From Vicugna vicugna (Eukaryota): DNA of 64,000 bases. Below, piece after piece: positions 1-13,800 of the stretch (positions are counted from its first letter, which is position 1; each line of letters begins with the position of its first letter). The position numbers were made by a program, and so were the translations under genes. Below the pieces are notes generated by a model. The model made no database searches, was not told the DNA's origin, and saw nothing but the letters and a program-made list of their open reading frames with translations. The stretch spans positions 97,038 through 161,037 of the forward strand of contig MU058233.1 in assembly GCA_013265495.1 (NCBI GenBank), written 5' to 3'.

Positions 1-377
1 CACCGTATGCAGGGTGCCTCACTGCCCACAGTCTCCACACGTCAGTATAATGGTCTTCTGAGCAGACGCAGAATCTCCATGCTCAGAAGGGGCCACTGAG
101 GCTCTGAGACAAACAGGAATAGGAGGAGCAAGACCCCAGCTGGCGGAGGACAGTGGGGAGGGGGCTCTGCCTGGAACCCAGTCCTCATCTGGGTAGAAGG
201 GACCCCTGTCTTGGCAGCACCAGCCATGATTGGGGGAGAGGGTGAAGTGATGGGGGAGGGGAGCAGTTGTAGCCCAGTAGGGTGAGGGGTATTTGCATTT
301 GAATCTCAGCCCCGCCCACCACCACTCCCACCTCCACCCTCCACCCCTGTGCCCTGTCCAATATCCTTTGGCTCTGT

Positions 378-510
378 GACCTTCCAAGTCCCTCTGGGCC
401 TCACTTTCCTCATTTGAAAAATGGGAATGATAGTTTCTGTCTCAAAAGATGTGAGAAGTGAATGAGATTAAATACAGTAGGCGCTGAGCACGTGCCGGGC
501 ACACACTAAC
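378..510. mobile_element. MIR SINE remnant
   Basis: ctctgggcctcactttcctcatttgaaaaatgggaatgatag...gtgaatgagatta...gccgggcacac, MIR core. Confidence 0.75.
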
Positions 511-614
511 CTCCCAAGAGGCGTCAACATTCCCCTCCCCAACTCCACAGTGACCACAGACCCCGGCCCTCGCTGACTCCCAACTGCGCCCAGACCCCAC
601 CAGGGTCAGTGCCA

Positions 615-1299
615 NNNNNNNNNNNNNNNNNNNNNNNNNNNNNNNNNNNNNNNNNNNNNNNNNNNNNNNNNNNNNNNNNNNNNNNNNNNNNNNNNNNNNN
701 NNNNNNNNNNNNNNNNNNNNNNNNNNNNNNNNNNNNNNNNNNNNNNNNNNNNNNNNNNNNNNNNNNNNNNNNNNNNNNNNNNNNNNNNNNNNNNNNNNNN
801 NNNNNNNNNNNNNNNNNNNNNNNNNNNNNNNNNNNNNNNNNNNNNNNNNNNNNNNNNNNNNNNNNNNNNNNNNNNNNNNNNNNNNNNNNNNNNNNNNNNN
901 NNNNNNNNNNNNNNNNNNNNNNNNNNNNNNNNNNNNNNNNNNNNNNNNNNNNNNNNNNNNNNNNNNNNNNNNNNNNNNNNNNNNNNNNNNNNNNNNNNNN
1001 NNNNNNNNNNNNNNNNNNNNNNNNNNNNNNNNNNNNNNNNNNNNNNNNNNNNNNNNNNNNNNNNNNNNNNNNNNNNNNNNNNNNNNNNNNNNNNNNNNNN
1101 NNNNNNNNNNNNNNNNNNNNNNNNNNNNNNNNNNNNNNNNNNNNNNNNNNNNNNNNNNNNNNNNNNNNNNNNNNNNNNNNNNNNNNNNNNNNNNNNNNNN
1201 NNNNNNNNNNNNNNNNNNNNNNNNNNNNNNNNNNNNNNNNNNNNNNNNNNNNNNNNNNNNNNNNNNNNNNNNNNNNNNNNNNNNNNNNNNNNNNNNNNN
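615..1299. other. Assembly gap (685 N) covering the MMP17 promoter, 5'UTR and start codon
   Basis: Run of N between GC-rich flanks. Confidence 1.
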
Positions 1300-1850
1300 G
1301 CTGCCGCTGCCGCTGCTGCTGCTCGCGCTGGCCGCCCGTGGGGGCCGCGCGGCGCCCGCGCCCCGGGCCGAGGACCTCAGCCTGGGAGTGGTGAGTGCGC
1401 GGCCGGGATGCGAGGCTTCCGCGGGCCGGGGAGACCCCATCAGGGCGCTTCGGCGCCTGCGGGAACCCGGACGCCCTGGACCCATTTCCTGGGCAGGAAA
1501 GCTGAGGCTGGGGTGCAGGCTGTATCTGACGCGCGCGCACCAGAGTCTGGGAAAGAGGCGCCGGGTCCCTTCCCGGCGCCGTGTGCTGAGAGCCCGCCGC
1601 AGCCGCGGGAGCCCGCGGAGGTTGGGGGTTCACCTGGCCGGAGCCCCGGCTCCGGCTTGGAGCAGCCCCAAAACGGACCCCGAGGCGGACGGGACGGCGG
1701 CCGTAGCCGCCCGGAACAGTGCTTCCCGCGTGCGTTCCCAGTGGGAGTGGCGAGGGACGGGAGAGGGTGCGCACCCACAACCGAGGAAAGGCCGGGGCTG
1801 CGGAGTGTGGGCGCCCCGTAAGCGGTGGTTTCGAGTTTGCTCCGTTGAGG
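1300..1850. promoter_or_regulatory. MMP17: CpG island at the MMP17 5' end
   Basis: Dense CpG and high GC over exon 1 and the start of intron 1. Confidence 0.8.
1301..1390 (+). CDS. MMP17: MMP17 exon 1 (3' part; ATG hidden in gap)
   Basis: [30 protein letters not shown] followed by donor GTGAGT. Confidence 0.93.
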
Positions 1851-4800
1851 GTGTTGAGGGCAAGGGAGCCAGCCTCCCAGTTCGCATTAGGCATGAATCT
1901 TGGCCCTGTTCCGTGACCCCTTCCACTGCCAGGGTGGCCAGCCTTGCCTCCCTTTGACCCTGTCCTGAGCCTGATGGGGTCCCCCCGCCGTTCCCAGGCT
2001 CGGATGTAGCCCCACCGCCTTCCCCTGCAAACCCTTCCCTCAGTATCAGCTGTTCACTGGCTAGGAAACCATACTGAGAGGTGGCGGCAGTGGCCTCTTC
2101 CCACAACCCCTCCCCTGGGCAGCCCACCAGGCTTGGAGCCTCCTCCTCTGGACCTGGAAGATTTAGATCAGATTTTCTGGGTCTTGCCACTCCCAGGACC
2201 CCAGGAAGCCAGACGAGGGCGCGAGGGGACCAGTAGATTAAGCAGATTGCTCCTGAGGCTTCCACCCCTGCAGCTGCCCTCACTTGCTCAGAGGAAGGGA
2301 TGGGGCCAGGGTGCTTGGCTCCCTGCCCGACACCCAGCCCGCTGCCTTCTCCTAAAGGGGTGCTGGTGGAGCCCCTCTCCCAGGCCGCTGGCGTTCGGGA
2401 GTTCCGGTGGATTTCAGGCCGGTGCAGGGATTTGGACGGCATGCGCAGCCCCGTGGTTGGCAGGACTTGGCCACAGGTTCTGGATGAGATACAGGCTCGG
2501 GCCGCCCCCACCCAGCTGCCCCCGCCCAGCTGCCCCAGCCCTCACAGCCATCTGGGCGGGCGCAACCACAGCCCCTGCTTCCTGCATGGAGACTCCTGGG
2601 GATCCCACTGCCACTTCCTCCCAGCCAGACTGCTCTGAAGTTAGGGTGTCTGTGTCCACCTCCTCCGGGCCCTGGGGTTTCCTGGATCCCCTCCTGAGGT
2701 CATTAAGTCTCTAGGTCTGGGCTAGGTGGCAGTAGAGCCAGGCCCCCACCTTCAGCTTTGAGGGGCCCAGGTCAAGGGTTAATGGGGCTCAGGTCCACAT
2801 AGCCAGGCTGTGGAGCTCCCAGCCCAGCCAAGTTCATTTATCAGACCCTGTGCTGTTCTGAAGTTTCCTGCTGCCCACCCAGAGTAAACGGGTCAGGCAC
2901 ACTCCTCCCAGCTTGGACCTCCATGCCTCCTCCTCTCCCTGCTCCCCTGTGGTCCGCCGGCCCTCAGGAGGGTCACCCAGCCCCACACGCTGTGAGAGGC
3001 ACTGGGCAGGGGACGTGGGTCCCCAGCCTGGAGCCCCCAGAGACAGCCGATCCCTGTTGTCCGGCTCAGTAGGTGAAGAGCAGAGGTTGCTGCCCCGGCC
3101 CCAAGAGATCCCCCCACCCAGGGAAGGCCAGGACCCCTCCTCCCTTGTGCAGGAGAAGCCTTTCTGCCTCCTGTCCCCAGTTTGCCGGCAGAGGGCGGTC
3201 TCTGGTGGCCTTTGGAGGAATGACAGCCTGGAGCATCACACTGGAGGTGCGGGAAGGACGCGAGACCAACAGGGATTTGTGGAGAGGAGGGGGGGACTCC
3301 CTTGTGCCTCACTCTGCAGACCGCCTCGGAGGCCCACTGACGCTGGATATTCAGATCCAGGGCTGCCAGTGAGGAGAAGGGCCCCTTTGTAAGTGTGACC
3401 CAGCTTCTGCCAGACAGAGCCGTGCCCAGCGGGCCTCTTGAGCCCTGGCTGGCCCCTGGGAGGGGCTCACCCAGCACAGCCGGCGGAGCATTAGCGCGTG
3501 AACAAAGCACCGGATTGAGGCCCGCTGCGCCTCCCTGATGGTGGGCTTTCCGGCGCGGTGGAGTGGGACAAAAGAACCTCCGTGCCCTCCGGGGGCTGAG
3601 CCTCCAGGCCTGAGCCCGCTTTCATTCTTTTATTTTTGAGTAGCCAATACCCACAGGAAGATACTCAGGCCGTGCAGAAGCAGACGCAGGGTCCATCAGC
3701 GCCCTGATTTCCTGAGGAAACTTGCAGAGGCTGTCTGGGCACAGAAAAGGTCAGGGGACCGCGGACCCTTATTCTTATGGATGGCAACCTGCTGCCCAGT
3801 GTCATGGGCCGTGCTGCTTTCACTTCGCCATCTGTCCTGGAAGATGGTCTGTGTTGGAACATCCAGACTTACCTGGCTCTTTTTGTCCACCGTCGCCTTT
3901 TATTGCAAGGATGTCACATCCATTAGCCAGATCCCGGCACCGACAGACGTGCGGGCTGTTCCTAATACTTGGCCATAGCCAGGAGCTGCCAGGGCCGCCT
4001 GGGTACTGTGGCGTGAGTATGTGCGGGACCCAGCCCCAGGGAGCACCTAAGGCGTCGTGTGTTGGCAGATTTGCCGGCCTGTCCTCTAAAGCTTCTCCTC
4101 CGGCTTCTGTCCCAGCCTCAACGTCAGTGTGTCCTTGTGCCTCGTACCTCATGTGTTGGCAGATCTTTTGATCTCCAGCACCCAGGCAGTGGCGGTGGTT
4201 TGTGGCTGAGGTTGTGTGAGGTTGGCTGTGGGTAAGCCAGGTCCTCAGTGGCCCAGGGGGCTGGGCAGGGGCTGGGTGATGTGGGGGGGGGGCAAGGGGA
4301 GCCAGGACCTTGGAGCACCTGTGAGCACGTGTTCTCTCCTGAGGAGGGAGAGAGGGTGGCAGGGGTGACAGTCACCCTGGCCTCAGCCAGTAGCCTCTAG
4401 GTCCCTGCACCTGAGCGCCAGTGCCCAAGCCTCCAGGCCCTCCGTGCACTCAGAACCCGTGTCAGGCCTGGCTTGGGGCCAGGAATATCCCTCCTGGCTG
4501 CAGGCAGAGAAGCCGACCGAGCGCACGGCCTCAGCCAAGACCAGGGGAGCTTGAACTTAACGTGAAGGTCCTAGGACCCAGCGAGCCCCCTCCCCGCCTC
4601 CCCCACGCCAGAGGCATGTTGTCAACAAGCGAGTTCACTTCCAGGACACTCACTGCCTTCAGCGTCTGGAGGACTAAGAAGTCTTTGTGGTGCCTTTGTG
4701 TGGGGGCCCGTGTGGCTTGGGCATAACCATGCCGGGCGCCTGTGGGGTGAGCCCCAGGAGTGCGGGCTCTGACTAACAGGCCAGCAGCCAGCCTGGCGGC

Positions 4801-7800
4801 GTAGGAGGTGTCGTTTCTCCTCCATGTGGCCCCTCGACACGGAAGGGCCCGGGAACCAGCCTCTGGGCGTGGAGCCCAGGCCGCTGCTCCCAGCCTGGGC
4901 TCTGAGTGCTGGCCTCCATCTCCTCGCCTGTGAAATGGGACCATGAGAACAGGGCAGTTGGGATGTCAGCTGAGTGATGCCCCTGAATTGCGCACATCCT
5001 GCCGGACGTAGGCTGCCTTCACGGTCTGAGGCCGGGGTGTGGGGAGGAGACTGGGAGGATTCAGGGGCCCATCAGGGTGCTCCCTGACTCAGTACCTTCC
5101 TCGGGAATTCTCGGGGTGCTTTGAACATACATGGCTTTTCTCTTTTGCTTAACGGTGGCTCTGAGCTTCCGGTGCAACGCTCCAGGTGCAGGGTCTGTGC
5201 CACACGTGAAGGGTGACAGATGCATCTGCCACGTTGTAGCCGACAGCCTGCTCTGTCTCTCCCAGGCCCCGCCCAGCTCTCAGGAGGAGTGAGGCAGTGG
5301 TCTGAGCAGGATGCCGAGCCCACCGTCCCGCCTTACCTGGCCGCCCACCCACCCTTCCCATCCTCTCATCCCTCTGTGCTCCAGCCCCACCACCTCCTTT
5401 CCCAGGCTCCCTGAACTTCGCAGGTCGGTTCCTGCCACAGGGCCTTTGCACCTGCTGTTCCCACTGCCATGATTTCTCATCTCAGCTCATCACCTGGCCA
5501 GGTCCTTCTCATGTTTCAGGTCCCTGGGTGATACCGCCCCCCCAACACCTTTTTAAGGAGCCCTCCACCCCATCTCACGTTCCTGGTAGCACAGTGGTCA
5601 CGGGAACAGACCCTGCAGCCAGCCAGCCTGGGTTCCAAGCCCGCCTCTGCCCATGCTGGCTGTGTGACTGTGGCAAGTGTCCTGGCCTCTCTGCGCCCCA
5701 GGTTCCTCGTCAGGACCCACCGTGTTACTTATTAGGTGCCTACTGCATGCCAAGTGTGGACTGAGCCCTGCAGACCGCGTGCCCCGTCCTCACGGCCTTG
5801 CCCTGAGGGGCAGGTGGGTGACTGGGCGGCCTTCAGTGATGCTGACTGTTGTCATCACTCGTCACAGTCATTAACCCTGACGTCACCCTCATCTCGCAGC
5901 ACCTACTTCCAGGTTCACTTGCTTACCACTGGTCTTCCTTACAAGACCGTCCCCGGGGTGGTGGACAGCAGGGCGGGGTCTCCCTGGGTCTTCACTGACC
6001 CCTCAGCCCACGGCACAGCAAGCCCTGGGTGGGGTGTGGGGTGGACAGACGATGCTGGACAGGAGGATGCTGGGCGTGAGGTTACCCCAACCGCCAGCAG
6101 CCCCCAGGGGAAGACCCGCCCTGCGGGGGTCCCACAGCTCCTTTTCCTCTGGATCTTTAGAGCCCAGACCCCCAAGCAGGCCAGACAAAGCCTGCAGCCA
6201 GAGCCGCGCTCTGTGAGGTGGCCATGGGCCCTCTTCCTCATTTACACGGGAGGTGATGGTGAGCCCGGCCTCGTGGGTGCTGAGGGGTGAGCGAGTGAAG
6301 GAGCAGGGGTGCGCGCAGTGGGCGCTGTTGGGACTTACTTGGGCCCGGGGGCAGGTGCTCTAAAGCCACCCAGCCCCCGATGTGCTTGGCTGTGCCCCAA
6401 CGGTGGCCCTGAGCCTGTTTCCTCATCTGTGCAGTGGGACTGATGACACCTGTGTCCAGACCCACCGTGAGGCCAGAGGTGTCCAGTTAGAGCTAGAACG
6501 TGAAGGGGGAGGGCCGGCAGTTCAGCCTTCTGTCCCCGCGGTCCTTGCCGAGCTGGCTCCACGCTGGCCCCTCAAGATGCATCAGGGACCATGGATGTGC
6601 CCTCCACCCAGTGCCAGCGGGCGGGCAGCTGTCCGGGGTCACAGCTGGCTTCACTCCAGTCCTGCTCCCACTGCCAGCACGTCGAGCTGACCATTCTGTG
6701 CCTCCACTTGCCCACCTGTCAAAGGGGACGGCAGTGCCAGGCCTGGGGCCACGGGGAGGACCGGAGGAGACACGGTGCGCAGTGGGTGGCACAGCCTCCC
6801 CTCAGCCCACGGGTCCGCCCGTCAGCGGAAGGCTTGCTGAGCGCCCTTGGAGCCTGGCCCGGGGCTGCAGCGGCGAAACGAAGCAGGCGCCTGCCCTCGG
6901 ACGGCTGCCCTGCTGGGGCGGCCCCAGTGCGAGGCGGCTCTGCGGGGCGACGGCCCCTCCCCGAGCTCTGCGCAAGTCACGAGGGAGTTTTATGGTGTGC
7001 AGGTTAAACAGCGTTAAGCAGCGTGAGCGCTGTAAACAGATGCACGTTGTACCAACCAGCGATAAAGGATGCGAGGAAAACGAGACCCAGCGGGCGCGGG
7101 CCAGGCCTCTGTGGGCAGGGCCAGTGCCCCCACTTCCTGCCAGGGCCTGGGGCAAGGCACCCACCTCTCTGGGCCTCAGTTTCCCATCTGCAGTAATGAC
7201 TCAGCTCATGGGAGTCCTTGGAATTATCCATGGTGGGGCAGCCCTGTGGGTTTGGGGCTCCCCTCCTGTTCTCACCCCTGTCCGCCTCCCTTCCACCTCC
7301 TGGAAGGTTCACCCTTCTCCCACACAGTCTCGTTGCCCCGGAGACACAGTCGCCATGGCGATGGCGGAGGGAGGACGGGTGTGTGCGCACAGGAAGGGGC
7401 TGGCCGGGGCGACCCGTGGGCTCTGTAGGTGCTGGGGGCTGGGGCAGGGCTGAGGACACCTGGGGAGCAGGAGGTCTGGGCCCCCACCCCAGGAGCCATC
7501 CTGCTGCGTTAACACTTCCACCCCCTCCCACCCTGTTGGCCCCTCTAATGTTCCAAAGTGTATTAACTACCAGGAAAATCATTCCACCCTGGCCACTGGG
7601 AGTGTGCATGTCTCCTCTGAAGACTGGCATGCGCTGGCGAGTCGAGGGAGAGACAGACAGGCAGACAGACGCCTCCCCGCTCCGTGGCTCGAGGGCTGAT
7701 GGCTCCTCCCCGGCGGGGATGAGGGCTTCTTGTTGTGGACACTTGTGTTTCCACCAGACTTGGGACAACAGGGTGCCTCAGGGCCGGGCGAGGGTCCCTG

Positions 7801-10800
7801 TGGGCTCTTCAGGCCCACCTGCCAGCACCCTCCCCAACCCACCAGGGGCAGGTCCTTGTCAGACACCTCCTGAGGGTTTCCCTGATGCGCTGGGGCCCCC
7901 CACTCCAGCTTGTCCTGGAATCCATGCAGAAGCCCGCCCCAGGGAGGAGCCGGGCTGGGCAGGGGCGTGAGTGGTGGGGACTGGCTTTGTGCCGGGGAGC
8001 AGGGCGTCTGCACTGGGGGCAGGTAGGATGTCTGAGACTGAGGACAGGCCCCCAAGCCCAAGCCTGAGGGGAGGCGGGCCCCTCCCTCCCCTGCCAGCCC
8101 CCCAGATTTGGTCCCATTCTTACGGTCCTGCTCTGGCAGGGGCTGCAAGCTACAGTGCTCCCAGGGCCCGGGCAGGAGTGTCTGTCCCCAGGCCCACGCC
8201 CTTAGCCCTGCCCTTCTCCTACAATTTGACGCAGAGCCTGGCCACTCAGACCTGTGCTAAAACCCCCTGCTTCTCGATGTGGGCACACATTTCAAAACCA
8301 CCTCAAATGCTCTTGAGGCCTGAAGCCCAGAGACGTGTGTGGCCTCCCGGCTGGGCTGCCCAAAAACCAGAGGGAGCAGCTCCTCTGTGAACCCTATGGA
8401 GCCCTGCGAGGGGTGGGAGCAAGGGACTGCTCAGTTCAGACACCCAACTGTTACTGTAGCCTTCAGGGGACAACCAGGAGGTAGGTGGTTCTCCAGTGGT
8501 ATCTGAGCCCTGGCCTGCCCAAAGCAACTGGCCTGGGTGGGGAAAGGCTCCCGTCTGGGTGAGCCATTACCTGGTTAGGGGGATGGGGACCAGCATCCTC
8601 ACCCAGCTTCATCTATGGTCTGAGGAAATCCCCGAGGACTTCCCAGAGGAAGCGGCCATGGTGCTGGGAGGCAGGCCTGCTCTAACTACAAGGCTCTGGG
8701 CCTGTGATCTTAACAAAGAGTTGTGAAATGTGTGTGTGTGTGTGTGTGTTCTGACTTTCGGAAAGAACACTGCAGAATTAGAACTTTCAGGTGCCTGTAA
8801 AACTTGGGGGAAAAAAAAGTGTAGCCACAAATACACATTTTAACACGAATGCTCTCTTGGGCATCTCCGGCGCCCGGACAGTGAATAGCCATGGGACGTG
8901 CTCTGTGAATCCTGTTGATGGCTGCCGTGTTTGTAGTGACATGAAGGGGGCCTCCCAGAAAAAAGGGCCCTCAGGATGGCAGAGCCAAGAGGAAAGGGCA
9001 TCTCCGGCCAGTGTCCTCCTTCTTCTGAGCCGTGTGCCACCTGCCCCCTGGGAGGAGCTGCCCCTCTGATCAGCAGTGTCCACTGGGAGCTTCCCCCGGT
9101 TGCTGGTCACTGAGTAGTCATGTCCAGCTGCCAGTCCTGCCCAACAGCCTTTCAGGGGTCCCTAGACCCGAGGGGGTCTCCAGGGTCCCCAGATTCTGCA
9201 TATTCTGGTGGGCCTCCTGTCAGAACATGGGGAGGAGGTAAAGGAACAGAGAGAACCCCAGGAGGGACTCAGGGTTTCCTGGAAAGGAAGGAAGCTAGCT
9301 GAGTCTCTGCAGGCATATGCAAATTATATGCAAATCACCAAGCCCCCTCCTGATCAGTTGAGGCCCCTGGGAATTCCTGGGTTGGGAATTTACAGGCAGG
9401 GGCTGCAAACTCAAAAGCTTCTGGGGGCCCTGCAGGTAGCATAAACGAATCAAGAGGATTTTATAAATGTCCCCAAAAACAAAAAAAGGCCTGCATGTTG
9501 GTGCATTTCTTGAAGCCTGGCCTGGGAGGGGGCGTGGCTCAGAATGTCCTGAAAACCCTGCCTTCCAGCCACCTGTGGGTCCTCCCCGGCTGGCTGGTGA
9601 GCCCACCCCTGGCACCATGTCCATGTGGCTGAGTGCTTTTCATGGGGTTGTCACACAGCCTGGGAAGTGGCCATGAGCGCCATCTGGCGCCCCGCCGGGG
9701 CCCCCACGGATGGCATTGGTGCCTCCCCGTCCCCGGGGCCCCAAATAGCTGGTGAAGGTGACTGGGGCTTGAGAATAGGGCTCTCTGTGCCCAAGGTTGC
9801 CCTCCACTCCTGCTTCCTGTTTGGCTCAGGGGATCCCCGCGGGGGCACTTTTCAGCAGAGCTATCCCCTGACAGCGCCACATGCGCTTTATAGAGAGAGC
9901 ACCTGTGCCGGGGCTGGTGGGAGCACTTCCACATTGTCACCCACATGTGTCCTCACAGCCTCTCGACATCCACAGGTGAGGCAGCAGCCCAGAGGGGCGA
10001 GTCACTTACCTCAGCTGCAGCAAGGAGGTGGCTAGGTGGGACTTGGACCCAGGCAGCCTGGCTCCAGACTCCAGACTACGTGAACATGCAGCTCATGACT
10101 AGATGCCGTTGCCCTACTCAGCGTGGGTTTCAGACCTCGGGTTGTCAACTGCTGCCTCACAGGCCAGCTCAGGACCTGAATTTGGCACTCCAAATGTTTA
10201 ATAAATAACCTTACTAAAATTTCACTTTCTTAAGTGTCCCCTGGGCACTCTGCTGCCTCAGGAGGAGTGAGGTGGGCAGGCTGCCATGAGCAGTTGTACA
10301 GGTTGTGCACTGCTCAAGCTCACCCCACCTGAAGAGCATTAGGTTTATGAAGACATTTCAGCAACCAACTGTAAAGTAACTGAAGGGAGGGGCAAGAGAT
10401 GCCCTGTGGGCCAAGGGGCCAGGGCTGGGGTGGTGCTGATCGGGGATGGGCGAGACCTGCCCCTCACAGGGATGGGCCCTGGGCAGGGGGCTCTTTTGTG
10501 GGGCCCAGTCCCCACCTCCACCCTCACTCTGCTCTCTGCCCGCAGGAGTGGCTGAGCAAGTTCGGCTACCTGCCCCCAGTGGACCCCACGACAGGGCAGC
10601 TGCAGACACAGGAGGAGCTGTCCAAGGCCATTGCCGCCATGCAGCGGTTTGGAGGCCTGGAGGCCACTGGCATCCTGGGTCAGTCCTTGGGGTGCAGTGG
10701 GAGACGGGTGCTGCGCCTGGGTCCTCCTGATCCTGCCTCCAGCCTGCCGTGGTGGGTGGGGTTAGGGCCAGGATGGAGGATTCCTGCCACGTGGGGACCC

Positions 10801-13800
10801 CTGCGTCGTCCCTTCCCCATCCCACAGTGTGGGCACAGTGGTAGGTGAGTGTGTGCCAGCGCCAAGACCGCATCTCCACACTCACAGCCAGGTCTCAGTG
10901 CCATGGCCACGGGCCAGCTGTGGGGTGGGGGAGGTCTGGCCACCCACGCCCCAGGTGACTCTTGCCCTGGTGGGAGTGCCAGCCCTGTGCTGTCAAAACC
11001 CCAGCTTTCCAAGAGAAACCAGAAATCTGGGGTGTTTCTGTGAGCACCCCACTTTACTTTTATAAAGACCCTCTGCAAGGCTGGCTGATTGAGACCCATC
11101 TGTTCCCAGGCCTCCCAGGAGTAGACACGTGTGACACACAGAGCTGGTCAGGTGTGTGTCCCGTGAGACACAGGAAGCATTGGCTACACGGGCCCAAGCT
11201 GGGGTCGTGTCCCTCTGGCTGCTCAGGGCCACCAGTTAGTCGATGCTCTGAATGACCCCACCCTGGTCCGTGGACATCCCCCCGCAGTGTGGCCTGAGGC
11301 AGCTGGAGGCCCGGGCCTCGCCCCCCCACCCCTAGACCTGGTACGTGGAGTCCCAGGTGAGCTGGGCCTGGCTTCTGACCCCCGCCCGCCCTGCAGATGA
11401 GGCCACCCTGGCACTGATGAAAACCCCGCGCTGTTCCCTCCCTGACCTCCCAGCGGCGGCCCCGGCTCGAAGGAGGCGCCAGGCTCCAGCCCCGACCAAG
11501 TGGAACAAAAGAAACCTGTCGTGGAGGTGGGTGGGTGGGCTCCCCCAGACAGGGCCTTCCCAGGGGCCTGAACTTTGGGGTGAGGAGGGGAAGCTGAAAT
11601 AAACACCCACAGACGAGGGTTTAAGAGACGGGAATTGGTTGTCTCAGCTCTGGAGACCAGAAGTCTGAGATCCGTGGTCGCAGGGCTGGTCCCCTAGAGG
11701 CTCAAAGGGAGAGTCTGGCCCTGGCCTCTGCCCAGATGCTGCCGGCAACCCTGGGCCCAGTGGCTCCAGTCCCTGTTCCCGTCTTCACGTGGCCTTCTCC
11801 TTTCATGTCTGTGTCCTCTTCTGTCTCTTATAAGGACACTCACTCTGTTTAGGGGCCACCGTAACCCAGGACACCTCATCTCCACCCTCACCTTAATTGT
11901 ATCTGCAAACACACTTCCAAATAAGGTCCCCAGTGCCCGGGGTGTCCCAGAAGCACAGCTTAGCCCGGGGCGGGGGCACTGGACCCATCCCCATTACCCA
12001 CCCCCATCTCTGGCCCCGCCTGCCCCCGCCCCAGGGTCCGCACATTCCCGCGGGACTCGCCCCTGGGCCGCGACACGGTGCGGGCGCTCATGCACTACGC
12101 GCTCAAAGTCTGGAGCGACATCACGCCCCTGAACTTCCACGAGGTGGCGGGCAGCGCCGCCGACATCCAGATCGACTTCTCCAAGGCCGACCACAACGAC
12201 CGTTACCCCTTCGACGGCCCGGGCGGCACGGTGGCCCATGCCTTCTTCCCGGGGGACCACCACACCGCAGGGGACACCCACTTCGACGATGACGAGGCCT
12301 GGACGTTCCGCTCCTCGGGTGCGTCCTGCTGAGCGGGGGCGGTGCCAGGGACCCTGTGTAGCCCTGGGCCCCCCACAGACCCCACGAGGCTGTCGGGAGC
12401 CATGCCAGCCCACCAGGATGAGGAAGCCGCCGTAACCTCCCTCCGGTCCAGGCGCCCTGGCCCAGAGCTCTGGGCCTCTGTCTAGCTCAGGAGGTCAGCT
12501 CTGCCATTTAGTTTAGGCTGACGTCCCCAGCCGTCTCTGCCTGGCTGGGCTCGTGGGCCTGGGAGGGCAGGGAGACCTGACTCCATGAGGCAGGCCTGTC
12601 CTCATCCCGGCCTCTGCTTCCAAGAGGGGGCAGAAGTGTGCAAGGTCTCTGCAGGCCTGGGCGCGTCATCACCTCTGCTAAGTCCCACTGGCCAAGGAAG
12701 TCGCAGGCCCCCCGGTTCGGGCAGGGGGTGGTCAGAGCCACGCGGCATTGGGCAGGGGAGACAGAGCCCTCGTGGAGCTGGTCTGCGTGGCAGCCCGGGG
12801 AGCCCAGCCCAGGTGGAGAGACCAGCTCTCTCGGCCAGGATGGGAGCCCAGGTCCCTCCTGCAGGGCCTGGGGGATCTGTTCAACACTGTGAGGTTCAGG
12901 GCTCCCTGTAATGTGGGGTCCCGATGGCCTGCAAGGCCTGAAATACCACCACGTGGCCTGTACAGAAAAGTTTACCAAGTTTACCGTGAGCAGCAGCTGT
13001 AGTTGGCAGGGGCACCAAGAGACCCCAGGACCAGAGAAGCCCCTGGAGGCCCCCTAGGGCCTCATGGGAACCAGACAAGCCCTGAGTGACTACAGAATCT
13101 GCTGGTCCAGAACCAGGGTCTCCTGTGTGACCCACATAGCACACCACCACACCCCACCCCACAGGTCCCCGCACCAGCCAGGGCTGGAGGTTGTTCCCAT
13201 GGCTCACTGGCTCCTGTGTCCCCAGATGCCCACGGTGTGGACCTGTTCGCGGTGGCTGTCCACGAGTTCGGCCACGCTATCGGGCTGGGCCACGTGGCGG
13301 CCACGCGCTCCATCATGCAGCCATACTACCAGGGCCCGGTGGGCGACCCGCTGCGCTACGGGCTCCCCTATGCGGACAGGGTGCGCATCTGGCAGCTGTA
13401 CGGTGAGTCACCCCCCAAAGCCAGGTACAGGTCGCTCGGGGCGGGGCAGTGGTGCTGGGGACCCCCGGAGCACAGAACCCCACATTCAGCACCGCACGCT
13501 CAGCATCTCAAACCCGCCTGGTGCACCCTGCTCTGTAGCACGGGTGGACTGAGTTAGTGGGTGAGTTCTGTCACCAGGGGTCCCTGGGAGCTGGGGCCCC
13601 ACTGGCCTTTACCCGGATCTCTCAGAGCCCCGGGCGAGATCCCACATTCAGCCCCCAAGTCATTTCTGGTTGTGACAGCCGACGTCGGTGGCCTGGTGCA
13701 CAGCACTTACAAGTATTAAGTCGTCCAGTCCTTACCACCTGTGAAGTGGGTCCTACAGCCCCCAGACCTCACCACCCTCCGACATCTGTGGGCTTTTCTT

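Noticed and set aside
442..1894. Long ORFs of 261-456 aa in the ORF track
   Set aside because: They run through the N gap (poly-X) and are artefacts.
6970..7090. Cluster of HOX/FOX/GATA/E-box-like words in MMP17 intron 1
   Set aside because: Short motifs expected by chance, and the segment resembles a decayed L2 fragment.
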